58,946 nucleotides of DNA from a virus (taxonomy: Duplodnaviria > Caudoviricetes). The stretch is taken from IMG/VR virus record IMGVR_UViG_3300024243_001175, positions 1 to 58,946 of that record. One strand, 5' to 3'. Below the pieces are notes generated by a model, which was given only the letters and a program-made list of their open reading frames with translations, ran no database searches and was not told where the DNA came from. Shown here in pieces: positions 49,568 through 58,946 of the stretch (positions are counted from its first letter, which is position 1; each line of letters begins with the position of its first letter). The position numbers and the translations under genes are program-made.

Positions 49568-52500
49568 ATGGCAACAATAAGTTTTTTAGAAGATCATATC
49601 TCTCAAATTCCTGCTTTGCAAATACTTCAAAAGTTATGATATAAATACCTAACACCTGAAGAAGCTCTGGAATTTAGAGGATGAAAAACAAGTCAGGTAA
49701 TACTTGAAAGTGTTCTTCGTGAACAATTACATAAAATCAATAAACTTAGCATTAGTTCAACAAAAACTAGTGCTTTTAGTGATTGAAATATTGAAAAGGG
49801 TATTTTAGCATTAAAAGAATTACCTTTTAATGAATGATATATAAGTGCATCTGAATATGCATTTAATTTACTTACTCTTTGAAAAACACTTGAACAAAGC
49901 GTTGATTGAGATAAGAAAAGTTATAATTTACAGTTTATTGATTGGGAAAATATAGAAAATAATGTTTTTCATGTAACTGAAGAATATGAAGTTCTAAGAA
50001 CTTGATCTAAAAAAAGTTATAGACCTGATATTGTTTTATTTATAAATGGTGTCCCTATTTGTGTTATTGAATGTAAAAGACCTGATATGAAAAAGCCTAT
50101 TGAACAGGCTGTATCACAACATTTAAGAAATCAACAAGAAGATTGAATAAGATCTTTGTATGTATATTCTCAATTACTTATGAGTATAGCAACAAATCAA
50201 TCTCTTTATTGAACTACTTGAACTCCTGAAGAGTTTTGGGCTCATTGGAATGAAAAATTTGAATCTGAAAAAGATGAGAATAATTATAAGGAAAAATTAA
50301 ATAAACTAAAAAATAAACATCTTTCAATTAATGAAAAAGATAGAATGTTTTGAGATAGATTTAAATATGTTAGAAATTATTTTGATAATCTAGAAAAAGA
50401 AGAAGTTTTATCAACTTTACAAGATGAATACCTTGTAAATTTATGTGAACCAAAAAGATTATTAGATCTTATATTTGGATTTGTTATTTATGATGATTGA
50501 ATCAAGAAAATAGCGAGATATCAACAATATTTTGCTATAGAGAAAACAATGAAAAGAATTTCTAATGTAAGTTCTTGAAAAAGAAAAGGTTGAGTTATAT
50601 GGCATACACAATGAAGTTGAAAATCACTTACTATGGTTATGTTAGCTCAAGCTCTTATTTCTGATGAAAAAATTAAAAATCCTAAAATTATTCTAGTTAC
50701 AGATAGAACTGATTTAGATATTCAAATCTCTGAAACATTTAAAAAATGTTGAGTTGTAGTAAATAAAGCTAAAACAGGTAAAGATTTAGTTGAATTATTA
50801 GAAAGTACAAGTGATGCAGTTGTTACTACCGTTATTAATAAATTTGAGGCTGCAGTTAAAAAGATAAAAAATCCATTAACTTCACATGATATATTTGTTT
50901 TAATTGATGAGTGACATCGTACTCAGTATGGTAATTTTAATATTCAAATGGAAAGAACTCTTCCAAATGCATGTTTTATTGCTATGACTTGAACTCCTTT
51001 AATGAATAAAGAAAAAGATACAGCTAATAAATTCGGTTGAATTATTGATGCTTATACTGTTGATCAGGCTGTTGATGATAAAGCAGTTGTTCCTTTACTT
51101 TATGAGGGAAGATATGTAGAACAAAAAGTAAATTCAAGAGCTATTGATCTTTATTTTGAAAGAATTTCTAAAGATTTATCAACTAAGCAAAAAGCTGATT
51201 TAAAAAAGAAACATAGTCGTGCAGATCATTTAAATATTGCTGATCAAAAAATTAATGCAATTGCTTGGGATATAAGTCTTCATTATGAAGAAAATTGGCA
51301 ATGAACTTGATTTAAAGGTCAACTAGTATGTCAAAATAAAGAATCAGCTATTAAATATAAAAAATATTTAGATGAAATCTGAATTGTAACCTCTGATGTA
51401 GTTATTTCTTCACCTGATGATAGAGAATGAGAAGATAGTGCTTATGAAAAGTCTGAAGATCTTATTAAAAGATTTTGGGATCGTATGATGGATGAACATG
51501 GAAATACTAAAAAATATAATGATAATATTATTAGTAGATTTAAAAATAAAAAAGATCCTGAAATAATTATTGTTGTTGATAAATTATTAACAGGTTTTGA
51601 TGTTCCTAAAAATGTTGTTTTATATTTAACTAGAAACTTGAAAGCTCATACTTTATTACAAGCTATAGCTCGTGTTAATAGAGTAGCTGAAAATAAAGAT
51701 TATGGTTATATTATTGATTATTATGGTGTATTATCTGAATTAGATGAAGCATTAAAACATTATTCTTCAGTAGATGATTTTGATAGTAAAGATTTAAAAG
51801 ATACTTTTACTAATATTGATATTGAGATTGAGAAATTACCTCAAAGACATTCAGATGTATGGGATGTATTCAAAACCATAAAGAATAAACATGATTTAGA
51901 GGCTTTTGAGCAATACTTAAGAGATGATGAAAAAAGAGAAAATTTTTATGCAAAATTAAGAGATTTTTGAAAAACCTTAAAAATAGCTCTTTGATCTATT
52001 AAATTTCATGATAATGAAGATCCTGAAATTGTTGATAAATTTAAAGATGATATGATTATGTTTTATAAAATTCGTCAATCAGTTGCTTCTAGGTTTTCAG
52101 ATGAAATAGATTATAAGAAGTATGAATGACAAATTCAAAAATTAATAGATACTCATATTTCTAGTGATGAAGTTAAAACTATTGTTGAAGAAGTAAATAT
52201 ATTTGAAAAAGATAAGTTTGAAACTGAATTAGAAAAAAAAGAATGAGAAGCTGCAAGAGCTGATACTATTGCTTCTCGTACATCAAAGCATATTAATGAG
52301 AAAATGGATGAAGATCCAGCTTTTTATAAGAAATTTTCTGATATGCTTAAAGATGCTATAAAAGCATATGAAGATCATCGTATAAATGAAACTGAATATT
52401 TGAAAAGAGTTAGTGAAATTATGAATAATGTTTTATTACATAATGATGATACATTTCCTGAAGAAGTTATTTGAAATGATGTTACTAAAGCATTATATGG

Positions 52501-52774
52501 TATTTCTAGAGATTTCTTAAAAGAAAATAATGTTACTGATGAAGATAAGATTAAAGAATTATCTATTAATATAAGTTTACAAGCTGACAATATTTTTACA
52601 AGCATGAGAATAGTTGATTGGCAAGACAATATAGATGTTGTTAAACAAATGAAAATGCAAGTATTTGACATGGTTTATGATGAAATTAAATCTAAATCTA
52701 GTTTAGATATTTGAATTAATTTAATTGATCCTTTTATTGAAAAATGTATATGAATAGCGAAAATCAAGTATTAA
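49568..52774 (+). CDS. hsdR: Type I R-M restriction subunit
   Basis: RPDIVLFING..IECK, GVIWHTQGSGKS, DEGHR, MTGTP, VDKLLTGFD, QAIARVNR. Confidence 0.96.
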
Positions 52775-53457
52775 CATTTTGATCTAAGGTAATAAAATAT
52801 ACTTTATTACAATTAGATAGAAAAACATTGGATATAGAAGTAACTCCTGAAATGGAGGTTATTGTTCGTGCTCCATTAAATTCTAGATTAGAATCTATAT
52901 TGGATAAAGTAAGAAAGAAAGCTCCATGGATATTTAAACAAATTAATTTTTTTAATGAGTTTCATCCAAAATTAACAGCTAAAAAATATATTACCTGAGA
53001 AACATTTTTATATTTATGAAAGCAATATATTTTGAAAGTAGAGATAACTACTGAGTCTGAAAAAGTTAAATTAAAATGAAAATACTTAATGGTATTTGTA
53101 AAAAATAAAGAAAATTCAGAAAAAGTAGTAGAAAGTTGGTATTTAAAACATGCTAAAGAAAATTTTAAAAAATATAGTGAATGAATTATAAAGAAGTTTG
53201 AGGTTTATAATGTAAAACCTTGAAAAATCTCTATAAGAAAGATGAAGTCAAGATGGGGAAGTTGTAGTAAAAAAGGGAATATAACACTTAATAGTGATCT
53301 TATAAGAGCTCCTAGAGGATGTATTGAATATGTACTAACTCATGAATGTAGTCATTTACTTGAGTACTGACATACAAAGAGGTTTTATGAAATTCAAACA
53401 TCTCAGATGCCTGATTGGGAAAAATGGAAAAATAAATTGGAAAGATTGTTGGCTTAA
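52750..53457 (+). CDS. YgjP/M48 (DUF45) metalloprotease-like protein
   Basis: MKSRWGSCS, IEYVLTHECSHL (HExxH), MPDW; usual position after hsdR. Confidence 0.88.
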
Positions 53458-53475
53458 TTTTTAATTAGTACATTA

Positions 53476-54252
53476 ATGGATATTTTTAGTATTTTATGAG
53501 CTTGAAGATGAATTTGATCAATAATAGATAAATTTATAGAGTGAGCAAAATGGGGAAAAACACATAAACAAGATGAAGAAAATAAAAAAATCATAAGATC
53601 AAGACTTAGGGGAGTTTTTGATACTCATAAAATTGAAATAGAAAATATTTTCATTGATTTATTAAATGAAATGAAAAGTGAGGTATTGAAAAATGAAAAT
53701 CATGATAAAAAGGATGATAGAAGCAAAACTCTTTTGTTAAATAAAATAGATAAAATAAAAGAATGAAACTTATTGGATAATATTGATAAAACAGGAAATG
53801 AAATAGAAAATAATGATTATATTATTTTTATGTGGAAAACATTTTTTTATGATGAGAATATAAAGACCATAGAAAGTGATTTAAAAATAAACTTAGATAA
53901 TTTTTTAGATTTGTATTTTAGAGAAGCAAAAAATTATTTCTTATCTAATGAAAAAGCCGATATAAATTTATTAATAAATGAAAAATGAGAAATTTTAAAA
54001 TTGCTTGAAATATCAATTATTGAATTTGAAAAACTTATTTTAGTAAAATTACAAGGATTAATTAATTTATCAATCATTGATTCCATCAAACCTACATCAT
54101 CTATTAATGATGATAAAATAAATAATATGATAAAAAATGTTGATAAATTTGCTAATGATATTAAGCAATGAAAAATGAAGAAATATTATGGTAGATTACA
54201 AATTCTTTTAGATAAAATTATCATAGATATGATAAATAAAATTAAAAAATAA
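53476..54252 (+). CDS. Hypothetical protein (258 aa)
   Basis: Contains track fragment 53773 in frame; inside the cargo operon. Confidence 0.6.
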
Positions 54253-54254
54253 AT

Positions 54255-55058
54255 ATGTACTGAGCAATTATATGAGATATAATCTGATCAATTTATGAAT
54301 GGGATAATATTAAAACAAAAAAGTTCCCATTATTTCCTAATGGTGTATTTTTTACTGATGATACTGTATTAACAGTGGCAACAACTTATGCTATTTTAAA
54401 TCGTTTAGATTTTTGAGAATCTTATAAGAAGTTTTATAAAGAATATCCTTGAAAATGATATTGATGAAAATTCATAGAATGGTGTGAGAATGATACAAAA
54501 TTATTTGGTATATTTGCTAGAAAACAAAACAGTTTTTGAAATTGATCTGCAATGAGAATTAGTCCTATTTGATATCTTTCTAATAATTTAGAAGAAGTAT
54601 TAAAAATATCTAAAATATCTGCAAAATGTACTCACTGACATAAGGAATGAATAAAATGAGCTCAATCTGTGGCTAGTGCAATATTTTTAGCTAGACAATG
54701 AAAAAATAAAAATGAAATTAAAAAGTTTATAGAAGAAAAATTTTGATATGATTTAAATAGAAAAATTGATGATATAAGGTTAATTTACGACTTTGATGTA
54801 ACTTGTCAGTGAAGTGTTCCTGAATCAATAATAGCCTTTTTAGAATCTAATGATTTTGAAGATGCAATCAGAAATGCAATATCTATTTGATGAGATAGTG
54901 ATACAATTGCATGTATAACTTGATCAATAGCTGAAGCATATTATTGAATACCTAATGATATATTAGAAAAAACTAAAAATTATTTAGACGATGATATGAT
55001 AAAAATACTAGATGAATTTTATAAAAAATATAATATTAATCCTAAAAAATGAATTTAA
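54255..55058 (+). CDS. ADP-ribosylglycohydrolase (DraG/ARH family)
   Basis: GAIIGDIIGS, FTDDT, SFGNGSAMR, TH, GGDSDTIA. Confidence 0.92.
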
Positions 55059-55582
55059 AAACAATTGCAGATATTGATATTTCAAATCAATCTTATGAAT
55101 ATAACTTTCAAACTGATTTAACTGAAAAGCTTGATAGTTTAGAATGAGATTTTTCACAAGAAATATTAAATGAAATAATTTTGTGGAAAGTGAACAGGTA
55201 TGCTTTATTTGATAAAGATACTATAAAATTATTAAATAAACTAGATCACAACTCAATAGAACTAAATAAAGAGTTTACAACTGAGTTATTATGAAAATTA
55301 TTGAATACAAAATGAGTTCAATTAGCTATGGCTACAACAATTTTAAGATTCAAGAATCCATCTATTTATCAAATTATAGATCAGAGAGTATATAGATTTA
55401 TTTATTGAAAGGAAATGGATAGAATTGTATGAAAAAATGATTTGGCTATAAAGTTATATTTAGACTACTTAGAGAATCTTTGAAAAGTTTGTATTAAATA
55501 TAATATTAGTTTTGAGGAATCAGATAGAGTTTTATATGCATTAGATAAAAAGCTAAATAAAAATGTTAAAATTAAATATTAA
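55049..55582 (+). CDS. HhH-GPD-superfamily DNA glycosylase-like protein
   Basis: EIILWK, HhH LLNTKGVQLAMATTIL, IIDQRV (catalytic Asp position), DRVLY. Confidence 0.6.
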
Positions 55583-55646
55583 AAAATAAATTAAGTATAT
55601 AATATTTACTGAAAAGTATATCAAAAAATTTTCTTATAATGTTCTA

Positions 55647-55674
55647 TTGTAAAATATGTATTTTTTGTTATACT
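55647..55674 (+). promoter_or_regulatory. Promoter firing across attR
   Basis: TTGTAA-N16-TATACT with no sense ORF downstream. Confidence 0.4.
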
Positions 55675-55679
55675 AAAAA

Positions 55680-57332
55680 TTAGGTATTTTTTAAAAAACG
55701 AATTTTCTTAAATCTAGGTAGTTTTGCCTTAGTTGGTCAGCAAAATCAAAAATAGCCTCATAGAAAAAAGTTCAGCCCATCACCGACTTGTCCCACCATT
55801 TGATTTTTAGACACTTTTGATAGCTCAAAAGCCTGATAAATAAGCGATAAATTAAGGGTTCAAACAACCCTTTTTTTGTTGATTGGAATTCAGCCGGGAA
55901 ATATCATTTTTATAAGGTTTTTCTTATTTTCAATATTCTGAGAATTCCATACTACTAAAGCATTACTTATTTTTTTTAATTTATCTTTTAGGCTGGTTCA
56001 AACATTTTTTAAGTGTCAGAATTTTTTTGTCATTTTTTCAGATAAAATTTCTTTATCTTTTTCTAATATTTCAATTTTTCATTCATAATTTTCTACTAAT
56101 TTTTGACTAGAAGTGTTTCAAATTCTATCAATAAAATTATCTATTTTTTTATCAATATCACTTATTTCTTTTTCTAGTTTATTATGGTTTTGAGTAAATA
56201 TATCTTTTCTATCTTTTAATAGATCTAAAAATATTTCTTCAAAACATTTAACTGTATCTTTTTTAGGAGTAAGAGTTTTTAATATTTCATCAAATTCACT
56301 ATGAAATTTATCTCTATTTATGCTTTTTCACTTTAATGGAGAATTTCTAGGGAATGTATAATATGGAACTTTTCTGTTTCTTCATGTAGCCCATCATCAA
56401 CTAAGCATATATCAAGAGTCTTCACAATATAGATGTCATCTTAAAGGAAAATCATCACTAATATCTTTTCTATTAATGGATGATTCTATTTTTCTTTCAA
56501 CTGGTGACATTGATTTAAGTCTTTTTTGAATTCTTTCATATGTTTTCATTGAGATTAAAGCTTCATGTTTAGCTTTTGTAACTGGTATATCCCATTTTTC
56601 ACATACTAAATTACCAGTATAAAATATATTGGTAGTTATTCAGTGTACATTAGAAGTAGATACAATTCTTCAGTTAGAACTTGTTCATTTAATTTTCAAT
56701 CATTTTTTGAAGTAAAAACTTTGTAATTAATGTAGTGTGTGTAATATTCAATCAGCATATTTTTCTAATCAATTTTTGATTATATTTGCTGTATCAGAGT
56801 CTTTTACAACTATTCTTCATCACTCATTAGCTTCAATAAATTTATATCAAATAGGAACTCTAAAACACCAAAATCATTGTTCTAATCTTGCTTTCATTCT
56901 ACTTAAAACTCTTTGTTTGTTTTTATCCTTTTCATATTGAGAAACTATAACTGAAATATTTTCTTTAAAGTCTCATTCAGGACTTTCTTCAAATTTGAAA
57001 TTGGGACAAGCAAGTTCTACTCATCTCTTTTTAAATTCTGATTTTAATAGTGTATGTACTTGTATATCTCTTGATAATCTATTTAGATCTTCAAAAATAA
57101 CTATATAGTTATTTTTTTTGTTTTTATCTATATATTTAAATAATTCTTGTATAGATTTTCTTTCAAAAAGTCATCCACTAACTCATTCATCATTAAAGAC
57201 ACTTTCAACTGATATTCATAGAGTACCAGTCGCATAATCTCTACATCTTTTTTCTTGTGAACTAAGTCAGTTTCATTCTTTTACTTGTTTTTTTGAAGAT
57301 ACTCTACAATAGATTAATCATTTGATATCCAT
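55680..57332 (-). pseudogene. Second large serine recombinase with an internal nonsense codon
   Basis: MDIKGLIYCRVSSKKQ, EDLNRLSRD, FPLRG; in-frame TAA at 56727-56729; 3' end runs across the att core. Confidence 0.85.
55793..55801 (+). repeat. attR core
   Basis: CCACCATTT; CCGACTTGTCCCACCA is 12/16 identical to the tmRNA end CCGTCTAGCTCCACCA. Confidence 0.75.
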
Positions 57333-57347
57333 AATTATTTTTTAAGA

Positions 57348-57494
57348 TTATAATTTTCTTAGGTTTAATATTTTTAATAAATCCTCACTATCAAGGATTA
57401 GCTTAGAAAGAATAATTAAATCTTTTATTATTTTTTGTTTTTCTTCATCTGTATAAGTTTCAGGAAGAAGATCTTTATATTTCTCTACTAACAT
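57348..57494 (-). CDS. Small helical protein upstream of the recombinase (48 aa)
   Basis: MLVEKYKDLLPETYTDEEKQKIIKDLIILSKLIL... Confidence 0.5.
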   Translation of the reverse strand: MLVEKYKDLLPETYTDEEKQKIIKDLIILSKLILDSEDLLKILNLRKL

Positions 57495-57769
57495 AATTCA
57501 TATTGTTAGTGAGTAATAGGATAATAAATAGACTGTTTTTATTGTTTCAAATATTTAAATTTTTCATGCACAAAAAAATAAGGAATAAACTTTATAGGTT
57601 TATACTCATTTTAAGAGTAAAAAAAGATTAAATAAATAGACTAATCTCTTAAAATTGGAGGATGTTAAAGAACATTTTAGATTGCCTCTTTTCTAAAACT
57701 GCAAAATCATACTATAAAGAAAATTAAATCTGTCAAATATAAATAACGTTAAAATCATTAAAGTAGTAT

Positions 57770-57806
57770 GTAAAATAGAATTCAAAAATCACGAATTCTA
57801 TTTTAC
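57770..57806. repeat. 14-bp perfect inverted repeat
   Basis: GTAAAATAGAATTC-N9-GAATTCTATTTTAC. Confidence 0.7.
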
Positions 57807-58047
57807 TTCAGCAAAACTAAACAGTATCATCGTTTTTTGTCATACTCGTGTTTATCGGCAGGGATAATAATAATGTGTGGCAATTGTAATTTTTGTTTTA
57901 TATTGTAAATATAGAACTCAACTATTAACTAGATAATCATTTTATTACTCAAAATATACAAGTATTCATCTTACTTTTGGTTTCCATACTTTACTTCATA
58001 AAGCCAAAAATTGTTTTACACATACTTTATTTATTAATTTTTAGAAT

Positions 58048-58413
58048 ATGGAAACTAAGACAAGTTTACTTTGTGATTTATTAGAGTGTGGTTTTTTAGA
58101 TATCAATTATCTTACTGATTTATTAGATGATAATAATATAGAAATAGATCTACAAGATTTAAAGTCAAATTACTGAGATCTTAACATTAACTGGATTATT
58201 TATGATGTTATTTCTCAAATAGCTGAAAGATTTATAGAAGAAAATCAGGATGAAATTGAAAAGATTCTAGATTTATGAGAATTTTGAAATTTATACGATT
58301 ACATGAGTTCTCATGAAATTTATGAGGTTTATACAAATTACATTGATAGTCATTTATGGTTTAAAGATGAAGCAATTCAAGATCTTTTTGAAAATTCAAA
58401 ATATCAGGTTTAA
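58048..58413 (+). CDS. Small highly acidic protein (121 aa)
   Basis: METKTSLLCDLLECG...YEVYTNYIDSHLWFKDE; about 28 D/E vs 6 K/R by hand count. Confidence 0.65.
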
Positions 58414-58432
58414 CAACCTGGTATTTTTTTTA
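58402..58432 (+). terminator. Intrinsic terminator
   Basis: TATCAGGTT-TAAC-AACCTGGTA plus T-run. Confidence 0.65.
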
Positions 58433-58730
58433 TTATGGATGATAAGTAATTAGCAGAGCTAAAAGACCGAGTTTTACTTTTCTAAATCAAAATTTGACTT
58501 ATTATTTTTTCAAATTGTTTGATTTATATAAAAGCAAACGAGCGATATACGAAAATGTTATTTCTTACATTTTGAAGTCTATTTAATTTATCATATTTTA
58601 GTTTCTTTATATTAAAAATTGTAATTTTCAAAAATCATAAGTCAAATTTAATGATTTTTCTGAGAGTTTTATCTTAGATTTGAGTTTATAAAGAAAAGCA
58701 CCAAGCTTCAACCAAAAATGTTATATAAAA

Positions 58731-58769
58731 AAACAACCATAGGAGATAAACTCCTTATGGGTGTTTTTT
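58731..58769. terminator. Terminator-like hairpin
   Basis: AAAACAACCATAGGAG...CTCCTTATGGGTGTTTTTT. Confidence 0.45.
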
Positions 58770-58946
58770 GGAATAACTAATTCATTAACTCTGTAAACGG
58801 CTCTTTTTCATGTATGGGAAAAAATTAAGTATAAATTTGAAGATTTTTATGACAAAATTTAGCAGTTAATTTTCTAATATACATATCTTTTAATTTAAAT
58901 CAGTGAGATTGTCTTTTTGCAACCTTACAAAGATTATTAACTCATT

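Larger units (their letters stand above)
13761..55801. mobile_element. Temperate siphovirus-like prophage (~42 kb) integrated at the ssrA 3' end
   Basis: Direct repeat CCACCATTT at 13761-13769 and 55793-55801; integrase, immunity, recombination, replication, packaging, head, tail, lysis and cargo modules in canonical order. Confidence 0.88.
55793..58946. mobile_element. Left end of a second ssrA-integrated element (extent beyond the window unknown)
   Basis: Own recombinase reading into the same CCACCATTT core; CTTTTGA at the same offset after the core as in the prophage arm. Confidence 0.6.

Noticed and set aside
55765-55798. tRNA gene ending in CCACCA
   Set aside because: No cloverleaf; explained as the attR phage arm resembling the tmRNA 3' end

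Overview
Very AT-rich bacterial DNA that uses TGA as glycine (genetic code 25, i.e. Gracilibacteria/Absconditabacteria-type CPR), so the supplied ORF track fragments almost every gene; all calls below were re-read by eye with TGA=Gly. 1-13.2 kb is host chromosome: a TA pair with a broken toxin, a candidate small RNA, uvrB and several ORFans, followed by tmRNA (ssrA). A complete-looking ~42 kb siphovirus-like prophage (13761-55801, core CCACCATTT) sits at the ssrA 3' end. It carries a serine integrase, ImmA/ImmR-like switch, Bet/exonuclease, replication, packaging, head, tail and lysis genes, plus a defence cargo: type I R-M with a CBASS-like pair nested inside, an M48 protein, an ADP-ribosylglycohydrolase and an HhH glycosylase-like gene. 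A second ssrA-targeting element with a nonsense-broken serine recombinase starts at 55.8 kb. The most notable signals are a six-copy GACCTTGAGGGGAA box + fixed-distance -10 + terminator cassette before each virion module, an integrase whose C-terminus is swapped by integration, a switch-like RNA leader after the endolysin, and a consistent 16-bp -35/-10 spacer. Family names come from motif recognition, not database searches, and long ORFans were only spot-checked for internal stops.
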